From positions 62,558,001 through 62,622,000 of the forward strand of contig OX597818.1 of the NCBI GenBank assembly GCA_951406725.2: a DNA stretch of 64,000 nt, read 5' to 3'. Positions 12,438-27,070 of this stretch are shown here, in pieces (position 1 is the stretch's first letter; the number at the start of each line of letters is the position of its first letter). The position numbers and the translations under genes are program-made. This DNA is from Octopus vulgaris. Taxonomy: Eukaryota. The notes beneath the pieces were generated by a model, which saw only the letters and a program-made list of their open reading frames with translations, searched no databases and had not been told where the DNA came from.

Positions 12438-13804
12438 GTATGTATTTTTCCACACTACAACACTACAGATGTATATACATATACATACACAATGACATAC
12501 GTCTATACACTGAGACACCTACACACCCTAACACCCAAACACACAAACACATATATATGTATATATGTTTACAGTTTTATTTAGTAGTCTCTTTGAAGTC
12601 GAGAATTATTTGGAAAATTTAACAATGGTATTTTTCTTGTTCTCAGTTTGATATTTATAAATTTGATTAAATCTGATATTTTCTTTGTTTGATCAAACAA
12701 TACGAGTGACAAAACAAAGATTAACTAACAAAAATGTTCACATTAACGAAGAAATATCCAGTTTAAAGAACAAGAAAATAAATACAAAAAATATTTCATT
12801 ATTGCTTTGAACATTCCTTTAGCTATTTTTCAAGAATAAAACTAGGATCAATAAAGAATGACTTAAACCAGTGCAAGAAACATAAATATTTCTTATTCTG
12901 TTTCTATTTTTTTATTTTAGTAGTATAAATAATATCTTATATAATATTTCTTCATGAATCTAATATTTACGTGTAGAATATATTGTATGTCAGACGTCGA
13001 GTATTATACGAAAATATGGCTAAATCAACACAAAAAAATAGTAAGATGAAATGCTAAACAAGTTAAACTCAGTGCGATGTGTACCCTGTCATATTCTTTA
13101 ATATGATCAGCCGTTACATGTGACCTAATATAACCAAAGACATTTTAACTGGAAAGAAAAAAAAATATGTCTACAGTAATATTTGAATTTACATTGAGTA
13201 TATTTTGCACTGTTAACTATTACAACTGTCAATACCCGAACGAAATATATTTTGCTATGTTGCAATATATTTTGGAACGAAATTCTATTGATTTTTATTC
13301 TTCTACTAACTGATTTCTATGTTCATAAAATCCGTAGTTGGCTCGCCTAAACTGACAATCTGAAATTTTGATGAAAAGGCAAAAAATTCATATAAAACAA
13401 AATAATAATCATCAATAAAAAAAAAATGAACTTTCTAGTTTCTGTAGTCTTTCTCATAGCAGAACTCATACGCTAAATAACAGTTGAAAAGCAGATGTGA
13501 TACAATTAAAAGAATAAAAAAAATACCAGAGGCATTTATTTTATTAATTTATTAGTTACTTGGTTGTGTTAGATGTAGTTACTGAAAAAAGATACGTTTG
13601 TCGTACACCACAAGAAAAAACAAATTACAACACAACAGATCAAAAATTACAGCTCTTAAAAACAATTTCCATCAACTGACGAGTCCATCCCTATGCCGTC
13701 GCAGAACTAGCTAGAAGTAGCAGTTCAATGTTCTTCTTTAGTGTAATATATTGTCGTTAGGAAAGGAAAGTTGCATTCAATAGACACATTTCGATTATTA
13801 TTAG

Positions 13805-14112
13805 TTCGTCCGTCGTTGTCGACGATGACCAAGGACGTTAAATAAGAGAAGGTGGATTCATGGTGTGTCTTGCTGTGTCCAGTCAGTCCGATGCTCGCTC
13901 TGAAGATTTAGGTACTGGTCAAGCATTGGTGATCAGTTGGGACTGAAGGCAGGGAGTTCGTTCTGGACTTGCGTAGTTTACGTTTTGTTTGTGCCCTTGC
14001 AATTCTGTTCTATTTGTAGGGGGTAGCACTACTTTTGGGCCTGTTTCCCATGTGTCAGGTTTCATCTCGAATTGCTTCAGTGAGGCTTTAAGTGTATCGG
14101 TGAAGCACTTTA
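13805..14112 (-). pseudogene. RTE-clade LINE ORF2 3' end and 3' tail
   Basis: Minus-strand translations KCFTDTLKASLKQFEMKPDTWE and NRIARAQTKRKLRKSR...HQCLTST*IFRASIGLTGHSKTH (RTE C-terminal zinc-finger-like motif). 3' tail GGTCATCGTCGACAACGACGGACGAAC. Confidence 0.8.
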
Positions 14113-14200
14113 AGTACTAGTTGCGTACTGCGGTCGATCTAATCGACTGGTCCCTCCCCCAAAATTTCGGGCCTTGTGCTTAGAGTAGGGCAGAATTTAA
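14113..14200 (+). mobile_element. 5'-truncated family A-related SINE inserted in the RTE relic
   Basis: AGTACTAGTTGCGTACTGCGGTCGATCTAATCGAC...GGCCTTGTGC. CGGTGAAGCA is duplicated at 14098-14107 and 14203-14212. Confidence 0.7.
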
Positions 14201-14212
14201 GGCGGTGAAGCA

Positions 14213-14618
14213 AGGCGGCGAGCTAGCAGAAACGTTAGCACGCCGGGCGAAAAGCTTTGTGGTATTTCGTCTGCCGTTACGTTCTGAGTTCAAATTCCGC
14301 CGTGGTCGACTTTGTCTTTCATCCTTTCAGGGTCGATTAAATAAGTACCAGTTACGCACTGGGGTCGATATAATCGACTTAATCCGTTTGTCTGTCCTTG
14401 TTTGTTCTCTCTGTGTTTAGCTCCTTGTGGGTAGTAAAGAAATAGGTATTTCGTCTGCAGTTACGTTCTGAGTTCAAATTCCTCCGAGGTCGACTTAGCT
14501 TTTATCCTTCGGAGTCGATTAAATAAGTACCAGTTACGCACTGGGGTCGATATAATCGACTTAATTTTCCCTTATTTTTCCGCTGTATATTTAGCCCCTT
14601 GTGGGCTGTAAAGAAATA
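14213..14618 (+). mobile_element. SINE family A dimer
   Basis: One head and two bodies joined at AAAGAAATA|GGTATTTCGTCTG (~14444). TSD TGAAGCA at 14206-14212 and 14619-14625. Confidence 0.9.
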
Positions 14619-15467
14619 TGAAGCACTTTATGTAGTCCCAAATGTAAAAATGCTTCAAAGCGCATAAAAAAAAAGCGATCGACTGGATAATCAAGATTGC
14701 AATGTATTACGTGAAAATTTTTTTTAGACGCAAAATTTACCTGCAGCTATTTCGTTTTTAGATTCGGTTTGCAAGATTATTTTATGTGAGTTCGTGTGTT
14801 GAAGCATATTCTGTTGTGTCTGGGGAGAGTCATTCTCTTTTAACGCCTTATAATTTAACACATTCACCGCTAAAATTTCCACTTATTTCCTTCTTTACTT
14901 TTCTAAAATTTTTGTTGCATCTCACAGCCTTTTCAATAATTTCCACTCTCTACCGGCAACAAAATAACTCTAGTTTACCAGATAAAATGGAGCGGAAGCA
15001 ATGATTTATATTCAAAGTCGTAACCATTTTACTAATAAGTATAAATTAATGTCTTTCTTTCTACTCCTACATTTCCTTTTAGTAAAGAAATCTTACTCAT
15101 ATCCCTTAGCTCTCCTCACACGTCAGTGTTTTCTTCCACCTCAATCCGTCCTCTTCCTTTTCTCTTTTCATTTCTCTTTCCTTCCTCTACTCTCACTCTG
15201 TTTCTTCTACATCCTGCCTGCGAATGCAGCTCACGTTGACTTGAAATCTCCACCAGTTGTAGACATTTTTTCAAACACACAAGATGTATAAAACATGCTG
15301 TCTTTCCGTTATTTCCCTGTGGTCATTATCACAAAGGTTTTGCCCAAAACGTTGGATACTCCCCTCCCCACCGAGCAGTTTCAGTTTCTGTCTCTGTTTC
15401 TAATTTAAGCACAATGTCAGGAATATTGAGTGGAAAACTAATTCGAAATCCTCAACATTATTATTTC

Positions 15468-15528
<61 letters not shown>

Positions 15529-15932
15529 TGTACAATTAAGCGGCTGGTAGAAATTTACAGTCGAGGAGACTGTGGCAATGTACCGTGATGAAGGACTCTA
15601 TGCGGTGCCTGGTAGAGGAATCGAACTGACAACATTAAGATCAAGAGCTGGAAATCCTTAACCATCAGGTCTTGTGCCTTTACAACGTGATCGACAGAAA
15701 ACAAGAGAATCTTAAAAAATATCTGCGAGTAAAACCGGAAGCTCAATGATAACGACATAAATAAGAATAGGTCGAGGCTTGGATGTGAGGTTGCGGGTTC
15801 GGTATCACCGCACAGCATCTTGAGGAAGAGTCTTCTACTATAGTTGTGGTACGGCTAATGCCTTCTGAAGGAATTTTGGGGACGGAATCTCTGAGGAAGT
15901 CCATCGAATACATCCATCCATCTATCCATATA

Positions 15933-15988
<56 letters not shown>

Positions 15989-15989
<1 letters not shown>

Positions 15990-16685
15990 TAGCAGTATCG
16001 CCCGGCGTTGCTGGGATTTGTAAGGGAAATAACTATATAAGCATTCTTAGTGAGTTATAGCAAAAAAATAGCAAAAAATGCATTAAAAATGGAATAAAAA
16101 ATGATCGTAATTTTTTTTTTAAATCGTTGACTCATCGTAGACATTTTTAGAGAGTTACTTCCCTTATATAATAGGGAAAAATGCATTAAAATGGAATAAA
16201 AAATGATGGTTTTTTTTTTAATCGTTGACTCATCGTAGACATTTTTAGAGAGTTACTTCCCTTACATAATAGCGAAAAATGCATTAAAATGGAATAAAAA
16301 ATGATGGTAATTTTTTTTAATCGTTGACTCATCGTAGACATTTTTAGAGTGTTACTTCCCTTATATAATAGCGAAAAATGCATTGAAATGGAATAAAAAA
16401 TGATGGTAATTTTTTTTTTAATCGTTGACTCATCGTAGACATTTTTAGAGTGTTACTTCCCTTATATAATAGCGAAAAATGCATTGAAATGGAATAAAAA
16501 ATTATGGTAATTTTTTTTTTAAATCGTAGACTCATCGTAGACGCGCGCTAATACTCAGAAGGACTCGATATGAATCACGACTATAAGATACCCGGTTTTG
16601 GTTACACTGCACCGCAAAATGTGGGAGTAGTTAGGAATCTAAATCGTAGGAGACAGACACACAACCTTACTTTTATATATAAAGA
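15989..16685 (-). mobile_element. Non-autonomous Helitron with ~5 internal ~100 bp tandem repeats
   Basis: Minus strand begins A|TCTTTATATATAAAAG and ends with a GC hairpin (GCAACGCCGGGCG) followed by CTAG|T. Repeat unit ends CTCATCGTAGAC at about 16137, 16235, 16334, 16435 and 16537. Confidence 0.85.
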
Positions 16686-16689
16686 TTTG

Positions 16690-17305
<616 letters not shown>

Positions 17306-17786
17306 TATATTTATATATATACATATATATATATATGTATATATACATATATATACATATATATATACATATATATACATATATATGTATATATACTTAT
17401 ATATACATATATATATATATATATGTATACACATGCACACACATATATATATATATATAAATTAGAAAAAAACACATTTTATCAATTCAAAACGAACAAT
17501 TAAATTACACCATCTAGAAAATTACATATAATAGAAATATTAAAATTAAAATAACAATAATATACCGATGATTAATTAAATTGGAAAATGATAATAAAAA
17601 CGTATATATTTGGTGGGTTAATAACGCTACGAATGAGTACAAACACCTAGGTGTGTTCAAGGAGAGGAATCAAGGTAGATTTAGCTTTTCGATTTCTCAG
17701 GGTCGATGGAATAAGTACTAGTTTGGTACTGGGGTTGATGTAATCAACCCACCCCACTACCGGAATTTTTGGCCTTGTGTCAATGT

Positions 17787-18287
<501 letters not shown>

Positions 18288-19458
18288 TTCATGGTTTCAA
18301 ATTTGTGCACAATGCCAGCAATTTCGAGAGGGGCACCCAATCGATAACATTGACCTCAGTACTCTACTAGTACAGATTTTATCGACCCTGAAAAGATGGA
18401 AAATACATTCTTCCTGTGCTGTATTTGAACTAAGAACAGAAAGACGGACGTAATGCAGCCATATTTGTTCTTGCAGCCATATTTGTTTTTGCAGCCATAT
18501 TTGTTCTTGCTGTAAATAATTCTCTGTGTTCCGCAAAAATCTCCACTAAGTTAACTAGATGTGAAACTAAAACATATTACGAATCCCTGAAGCATTGATA
18601 GTGACATGTTGAGACATGATTCTAGTCGTAAGTCACAACGTATTTGATCACTGTGGAGAGACACGAAATTCAATTATCTGCTGCAGTATGTCGGCTGATT
18701 CAAGGGAAATCTTGTAGTTTTTCTTCATCAAAGATTTCTAGTTTGCCCAAAGCTCTCCCTGATTTTTCACATCACATGCGAAATAATATCGAAGAGATAC
18801 TGCACAACTGAATAATACGGGCAGCTAGCCAAACGGAATTTATTCAATAAAAGAAATGTATTGTAATTTTTGTTAATCTATGATGAAAAACCAAAAAAAT
18901 GCAAATGGCGACCGCTATATAATAATATTCGATAAAAGTGTTGGTTGGTTGATTGGTCGAATTTATTGGTAGCACTTTACACACCACAAAGAGAGGGGGA
19001 GAAAGTAAGAGAGAGATACAGTGTGAATTAACTGTTGTGGCTCAGGATATGTACAGATACTAGACTTCTTGGCAGACAATGAGTAAACAAATTCTTTACC
19101 TATACATACACGGACAGCAACACATAGAGAAAGAATCAGATAAAGAGCCGGTATGTGTGTGTGTGTGGGGGGGGTGAGCGTATAGGAGGGGTGTATGAAA
19201 AGTCTTGAGCCTCAAAATAACAAAACATGGTACAAGACTTCAAGGCTGAATGGCACCTACAGCCAAGCCTGCACCGATAGTCACGCCTGCCCCAATATAT
19301 CGGCTATTATTTTATTCTATCGTCTGTTCTTTAAGTTATGTCTAAAGAGGCTGTTGCTAATTTTGTTGGGCGATGTTTCAGTATTTTAGGTCCTGTGTGA
19401 TTAGGATTATTTTTGCATCAGCCATTAATTAATTATATAGAGTATACACACTGCTGAG

Positions 19459-20057
19459 GGCGGTGAGCTGGCAGAAACATAGAACGCCGGGCGAAATGCG
19501 TAGCCGAATTTCGTCTGCCGTTACGTTCTGAGTTCAAATTCCGCCGAGGTCGACTTTGCCTTTCATCCTTTCGGGATCGATAAATAAAGTACTAGTTACG
19601 CACTGGGGTCGATATAATCAACTTAATCCGTTCGTCTGTCCTTGTTTGTTCTCTCTGTGTTTAGCTCCTTGTGGGTAGTAAAGAAATGGGTATTTCGTCT
19701 GCCGCTATGTTCTGAGTTCAAATTCCGCTGCTGTAGACTTTGCCTTTCATCCTTTCGGGGTCGATAAATTAAGTACCAGTTACGCACTGGGGTCGATGTA
19801 ATCGACTTAATCCGTTTGTCTGTCCTTGTTTGTCCCCTCTGTGTTTAGCCCCTTGTTGGTAGTAACATGATAGGTAATTCGTCTGCCGCTATGTTCTGAG
19901 TTCAAATTCCGCCGATGTCGACTTTGCCTTTTATCCTTTCGGGGTCGATAAATTAAGTACCAGTTACGCACTGGGGTCGAAATAATCGACTTAATGCGTT
20001 TGTCTGTCCTTGTATGTTCTCTCTGTGTTTAGCTCCTTGGTGGGTAGTAAAGAAATA
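19459..20057 (+). mobile_element. SINE family A trimer
   Basis: One head and three bodies with junctions at ~19688 and ~19873. TSD AG(A/T)GTATACACACTGC at 19439-19454 and 20058-20073. Confidence 0.9.
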
Positions 20058-20965
20058 AGTGTATACACACTGCGTGTGTGTGTGTTTTGTTAAGCTTTTC
20101 GGACTAAATTGTGTGAAATGTAAATCGTCTGAGTTATTTGGTGTTATAGTGCTGGATATCGAATATGTAAAGACCCAGTGTTTTGTTGTGTTATTGGCTG
20201 GTGTTTATGCAGAGAATGGGTTGTATTATTTGAATGATATCCGTATCTGTTTCTAGTTAAATATCAGTTTAAGTTAATTAACCCACACTTATAATAGCTT
20301 TGATATATTTATCTCATCACATAGTCATTTGTGTCTTGGCTGTATTTATCAATTTTTGTTCCTGATTGATTTATCCTACGAACATAAAACGGTTTGTTTA
20401 TACATATATATATATATATATATATTAGGTATACATCATGTTCGTTTTATGTAGCTTTGTATTAAAAATTCGTTCAGTTTTGTTTGTATTTCCTTCTCTT
20501 TTGTCTGTATCGAACGCTCGTTTGTTTCCGACTTCCATACGGGTCTGTTTTATTTAAACAATACATTTTCACTGTAATAAACACATGAAACACGTATGAT
20601 ATCAATTTTAATTGTATTTGTTGAGATCCTTTCATTTGGTTCACAAAAGTTCATTTCGCTCAGTTTTGTTTTGTTTTGTGGAACACACTGACTCCAATTA
20701 CAAACACGTTAAATATTTCTCCCACAAAATACTTTCTGAATTGTATTTATGTATTTCATAAAATGAGTAAAGTTGTACTTTCTCCTTCTTCCAAAGTTCT
20801 AACAAAATAGAAAGTTATCTAATAGAAGTTGCTAACTTCTCGATCAATCGTTATCAATTTCTGAAGAAGAGGAGACACAGTGAATGGTTCCTGGTACCCT
20901 TCTTGGAGAACAAGGTACTCGATTTGGAAAGAGAGAAAGAGAGAGGTAGATAAAGAGACATAGAC

Positions 20966-21012
<47 letters not shown>

Positions 21013-21567
21013 GAGACAGAGAGACAGAGACAGACAGAGACAGACAGAGAGAGAGAGAGAGAGAGGTCACCAGTGGTAATAGCCATGGGCACAGATATTT
21101 CGAAGACTGGGAGTCAGCACTAATGATAAATTACGTAGCAGGAAAGGATCATCTGTAAACCGGGACACAAATTGTTATCGAGTGAACGAATTGATTCGCA
21201 TGGACAACAGACGAGTCACAATATAGGAGCCTGCTACATGTAAAAACCATATTAACACTTCATTACACACACGCATACACAAACACATACTTCTGAATCA
21301 ACATTCCGTTCAGCTTCAGCAGGAATTGTTGTAATCTCAGCCACTTAGACCTTCTATCCATAAATGTTCTAAAATCTACACAGCCTTGGGTTTTTTTTAA
21401 TCTCATTGCGAAAATAAATTATATACACACGTTGTCATATAACCAATGTTGAACCCCTTATTCGCATAATCACCGAACCTGGAACTTAACTACGGTCCAT
21501 CTATAACACTTATTCAGCATTACCTAACACCTTTGGGTATCAATGACACCATTACCTCTCATCACCT

Positions 21568-21625
<58 letters not shown>

Positions 21626-21726
21626 CATATAGTTAGTATGAATGTGTGCTTTTATTAGTAAATTTGTGTGTGTGTGTGTGTGCCTGTATTATATAATTCG
21701 TTAGAGTGATTTCACTTTCTTGTATA

Positions 21727-21928
21727 AAGGCCAGCAATTTCGGTCGAGGGGTTAGGTCCATTACATCGGCCCCCTCCCAGTGTTTAACTGCTACTTGTTT
21801 TATCAATCCCCGGAAGATTGAAAGGCAAAGCCGATCTCGGTGGAATTTGAACTCGGAACATAAAAACCAGTGACATGCAGCTAAGCATTTTGTCCGGCGT
21901 GCTAACGATTCAACCAGGTCGCTGCCTT
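21727..21928 (-). mobile_element. Family A-related SINE
   Basis: GAAAGGCAAAGCCGATCTCGGTGGAATTTGAACTC...CGTGCTAACGATT...TCGCTGCCTT. Confidence 0.75.
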
Positions 21929-22118
21929 ATACATAAATCATTATATTATCGTCTTGTGGCATACATTAATTATTTCTTTCAGTGCAGCCTTATGGTGTCA
22001 GAGATTTTCTTGAGGAGCTCAGGATGTACCACATCTCATACCGAGATGTCCTTTTACCCCCTGATCACCTTACCACATATAATTCAAAATTTATCCAAAG
22101 CTAAAACTACGGAATTCA

Positions 22119-22343
22119 AGATCCCAGCACTTAATTACACAGCATCATAATTTCTTTTCCTCAACAGGATCTGCCCTATTTAACATTGTCCCGAAACATA
22201 TCAAAGAGGAAAAGGAACCCATTAGCTTTAAAGGGAATCTAGACAAATTTCTTCAAGAAATACCAGATAACCCACCGATACCTGGATACAACTCACTCAA
22301 CAAGATCTCCCTACTCGAATGGACCCTGATACCACAAAACTTG
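22119..22343 (+). pseudogene. CR1-group LINE ORF2 extreme C-terminus
   Basis: Manual translation RSQHLITQHHNFFSSTGSALFNIVPKHIKEEKEPISFKGNLDKFLQEIPDNPPIPGYNSLNKISLLEW, matching LFN..P..I.....FK..LD.FL..IPD.P..PGY. Confidence 0.8.
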
Positions 22344-24944
22344 AAAAAGATTTAGCTAATCTCCATCCTTAATCTTTGATCAAAACATCTCTAAGTTATT
22401 AAAGTTATACTCAATTCTTGATTAAATCCTTGTTTCCAAGAGCTGCTTGCCATTTTAGAACGCTTTCTTCCGTCCTTTCAAGAGTTGAATGTGAACATTA
22501 AACCGAAATAACAACGTCTTTCCTTAACAGTCGCTTATTACATGATGTAAGGGAGTCCGGAAAAGTGGCCATACTGCATATTATCTTTAGACTAAGGGAT
22601 ATTAAAAATATATCGCATTAAAATGCTATCCTTTTGATTACAAAACCATATTGTGTGCGTAATCTCTTATTTCCCGTTTATGTTCTGCAGAGTTTTTCAG
22701 TTTCAAAAATAAAAAAAGAAAAACTTCCTCGTAAAATTCTGCAGCATTAATTAATTAATTTCTCATCATTATTACTCAGAATTCCAATGGAATTTTCAAT
22801 GATTGCAGATCTTGTTTTATGCCAGCTGAGATTTCGTGTTTATACAGAAACTTCCTAAACCTTAAGAGGCATCATAGACGTTGAATACACTGAGTTGTCA
22901 AATAACTTGTTACATTTGTATTTCTCAAGCACTTGCAGATAACAGCTAGTTAATATTCCTTCGTAAGATATATCTCATGAAACTCTCTCGCAAATATTAT
23001 AACATTCACAATAATTATGTAGTGCAATTGTCGATAAGATAAGTGGCGGTTTCTTTCTTTCTAAGGTGATGGACGAATGCGCTGTCGAAATTTAATAAAC
23101 TATTGAATCGTCTCCTATAACATTATCTGAATGCACTGTAGGCGATAACAAAGATATAATGACAAAACTGGAAATTGATATCTACTATCTGTGAGTTTAT
23201 ATTGCTGAGAGGTGAATATTACAATAATGAAAGTCAGTCGTACAAGTATTTCATAAATTATCCAGAAAGTATATCTATAAATACAATAATTAAAATGTTT
23301 CTTCTTAAGAAACATAATTACTTTGACATGATGGAGAGTCCTAGGCAAAGCTTCACAAATTCTAATACATTAACTATGCCATTATTTCAAAATGGAGATC
23401 TGATGACTGATTGAAAGCAACATAAAACCTCGAATAAATTGAGCGAGCGTAAATCTGATACAACAGAGATTTAGTTAATCACAGTTTCGGGTGATAAAAC
23501 ATAATTGACACTAGAATATGCATCAGTAATAATCATACACTCCATCATCGATATTTTCTCATCAGAATCTGATGTAGTGTTGAGTTTTGTACGAGAACTA
23601 ATGTTATAGTAGTTGGTTCCTACGCAGGTATCAATTAGCTTCTACTGTGATGCGTGGTTCAGACTTAAAAACAGGTTTGAAAAAGCTGACATGGAGATAC
23701 TGTGAATAACCGATAAAGAAAAGAGAAATAAAGAGGAGAGAGAAGAGAGAGAGAGAGAGGGGGGGAAAGAAATAGAGAGAGAGTGGGGGAAGGAGAAAAA
23801 TGATGAAGATAAAAACTGGAAAAAAGACATCATAAACACAGAATGCCTGAACAACCTTCTGCAGAATTTTAGTATCATCAACGTGACAATCGATTGAAAA
23901 AATATTTAGTTCTTCGCTTTTCGAAGCTTCATAAATGGCTTAATCGCACAATTAAACGCATGAAGATTTCTAAATTGCGCATCAAAATCGCGTCCCGAAA
24001 TGAATATTAAAGGATATTTGAATTCAAATAAGGATTTTCTTTTAAATCCGCCAATAACTAATGAATCATAATTGTTCTGTTTAACTAATGACAGACAAAG
24101 TTTCTAACTTAATCTATACAATAAATATTCATTGTTGAGTAATTTGAGCAACAAATTGCTTTTAGTTAGAAATTTAAATTTAAAGACAAAACGCAATACG
24201 ATTTATTGGACACTGCTGAATTCAAACTGAGATTAATTCAAGCGTAATTTTAGGAGGGATAAATTCCACACATAAATTTAGATATAATGTTTCCATTAAA
24301 ACCAAGGTTTCGTTGTTTCATAAATAAATCCAAACAGTCATTAAACATATCCTGTTGTTCCATGTGAAATATTTAGCAATTGCACAGGAAATAAGTTGTG
24401 AGTTGAGGTAGTTCCTTCGCCAGACTGACATCGTTCTCCTAATCTGGTTAATCACTTTCCCGCTCTCTTCACATTAGTTCTAACTAAAACATGAAGAAAA
24501 AACCGAGTAGAAAAATGATAAGCCACCACTGAGCAATAAGGAACAAAACAAATTCAAAACAAGTTACAGGGAATATCTAATAGTAAAAAATAATATGGAA
24601 TAATTTATAACGACATAACTGTTAACATACGCACGCGCGGACACACGGACACACAATCATATACACATGCGCGGACACACATAAAAACATGCACACACAC
24701 ATACACACAAACAGACACACACAAACACACAAACACACGCGGACGTACACACACATTCTTTAATTCTTATATTCTTTTACTTGTTTCAATCATTGGCACG
24801 CGGCCATGCTGGATCACCGCCTTTAATCGAACAAATCAGCTCCAGCACTTATTATTTGTAAGCCTGATTGTAGAGTTGGGAGGGATGGTCATGTGTTGCG
24901 TTTAAGATGGATTGGGAGGTATGTGAGTTGATCTTTTGCAACAA

Positions 24945-25530
24945 AACAAAAACTACAACCATTTACCTACCTACCTACCTGTCTACCTGCCTGCCTGCAT
25001 GCATGCCTGCATGCATGCCTGCATACCTACCTACCTACCTACCTACCTACCTACCTACCTACCTACCTACCTACCTACCTACCTACCTTCCTACCTATCA
25101 ACCTACTTATGTACGTGCCTGCCTACTTACTTACCTACCTACCTACCTACTTACCAACCTACCTACCTACCCACCCACCTACCAATCCACGTACGTATTC
25201 ATCTACCTACCTACCTCCCAACTTACCTACCTACCTACCAACCAACCTACTCACCTACCTACCTACCTACCTACTCACCCACCTACCTATCCACCCACCT
25301 AACTAGTCATCTACCTATCTACACACATATATATATAAATATAAATATATATATATAGATGTATATATATACCTGCCTGTCTGCCTGCTTACCTACTGCC
25401 TACTTACCTGCCTACTTACCTACCTACCTACCTACCTACCTAACTTACTATCTACTTACCTGCCTACCTGTCAACCTGCCTGAATGTTTAACTGCCTCAC
25501 CGCCTGTCTACCTACCTACCTACCTACATA
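24945..25530. repeat. Degenerate (ACCT)n/(GCCT)n microsatellite
   Basis: Direct reading. Confidence 0.9.
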
Positions 25531-26384
25531 CATATAAACATAAATAACTGCCTGTCTACCTGCTTAGCTTCCTATCCACTTACCGTATGTACGCGTGTGT
25601 GTATTTACGTATATGTATGTGGAATCAACTGACTGTAATAACAACAATTAATGATAACAGTAGTAGTAGTAGTAAGAGGTTCTGCAATTGATGCAAGACT
25701 AACAATTCGGAAAAGAATTGTGTAAAATTTACATAAGTTATTCAATAGCGAAAATAAATGTTGATATTTCGGCGTAAAATGGCGTCGTCATAGCAAAGAA
25801 CCTAAAGAAACAAATAATGACGGCACGACAACGAGAATTACGCTGTGATGTTTGATATTAATTCTTCCAACCAGCCATGAGATTTTCCATGCGTGTAGCT
25901 TCAGTGATATGAACCTAACTAAGCAGGCACCCGTCCAAATAATTTACTGGCACTGATCAACATCTTCGAATATCATGTCTGATATCGGAACATTATGTTA
26001 AATTTCTCTCCTCCCCTCCATTTTTTCTCTCTCCCTCTCTATGTCAGACGTTGTTGTAGAGTAATGCTGGTGGACTGTTTGTATGAACTGTTAAACACTT
26101 TACATAACTTGTAATATGTACTGGATTGGTTTGTTATTGTGGTTCATCAGATTGCTTGACAGTACATGCGATGCTCTCTGTTCGAAAGTTTTGAAATACG
26201 ATATTCACCGTTTGGCAATGTTGAGAGTGGAGTAGAAGAGAGAAGAGAGAAATAGGACGGACTGTTGATGACACACAACCAGCATCGCGAGGCAGTGATA
26301 GAGCGAGGGAGAGAGAGAGAAAGAAAGAGAGAACGGCAGAGAAAGGGAGAGAAATAAAGATATATATGTATATATATATATGTA

Positions 26385-26425
<41 letters not shown>

Positions 26426-26522
26426 CGGGAAGCTTTATGAAAATAGACAAAAGACGAAGGCAGGTGGAAAACAAACGAACAATTGTATTAGTATGGCGCT
26501 CAGGAAATATAAATAAAACAAG

Positions 26523-26560
26523 TCTTTAACGTTTCGAGCCTACGCTCTTCAACAGAAAGA
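26523..26560 (-). ncRNA. Minimal type I hammerhead ribozyme motif (variant core) in a PLE-like fragment
   Basis: Minus strand TCTTT-CTGTTGA-A-GAGC-GTAG-GCTC-GAAA-CG-TT-AAAGA: 5 bp stem I, 4 bp stem II, palindromic ACGT stem III. The core has A6>U. The host fragment 26424-26590 lies between two (TA)n arrays. Confidence 0.65.
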
Positions 26561-26587
26561 TACACAGAGAGAAAAAAACACAGAAAG

Positions 26588-26655
<68 letters not shown>

Positions 26656-26750
26656 GTGTTTAGTGGCAACAGAAAATCGAGAAGGCTAAGAGGAAGAAAA
26701 GTAAAATGTTACACCAAAACGTCGTTTTGTGTGTGTGTGTGTGAGTGTGC

Positions 26751-26792
<42 letters not shown>

Positions 26793-26819
26793 GAGAGAAA
26801 GAACGACAAGTAAAGTTTA

Positions 26820-27070
26820 CCATACAAAGATGCAGGATTTGACACAATCGTCAGAGAAATTACTAAGGTTTGATGAATTCTTCAGCTGGTTTGATATTTT
26901 CATATCACGAAATGAATACGTGAGGAAGATGCTGGGGCTAGTTGGCACAATCCATATAACTTCTGTTAGCTTTCTATTGTCGACAGTTCGTCTTCTTTGT
27001 TCTGAAGTGACATTCCTGTCTCCACATATCAAAAGCCATTTAACCCCTTAATAATTTGTGTAAACCTCGC
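26820..27070 (-). pseudogene. Possible highly decayed PLE GIY-YIG endonuclease relic
   Basis: Fragments YVETGMSLQ and EEFIKP across frameshifts resemble PLE YIG.TG..L..R and KE..FI...KP motifs. It lies upstream of the hammerhead on the same strand. Confidence 0.3.

Noticed and set aside
15320-15360. Possible decayed PLE hammerhead (AAAGGTTTTGCCCAAAACGTTGG); similar weak cases at ~14900-14940 and ~46925-46965
   Set aside because: The core boxes are too degraded to support a call.
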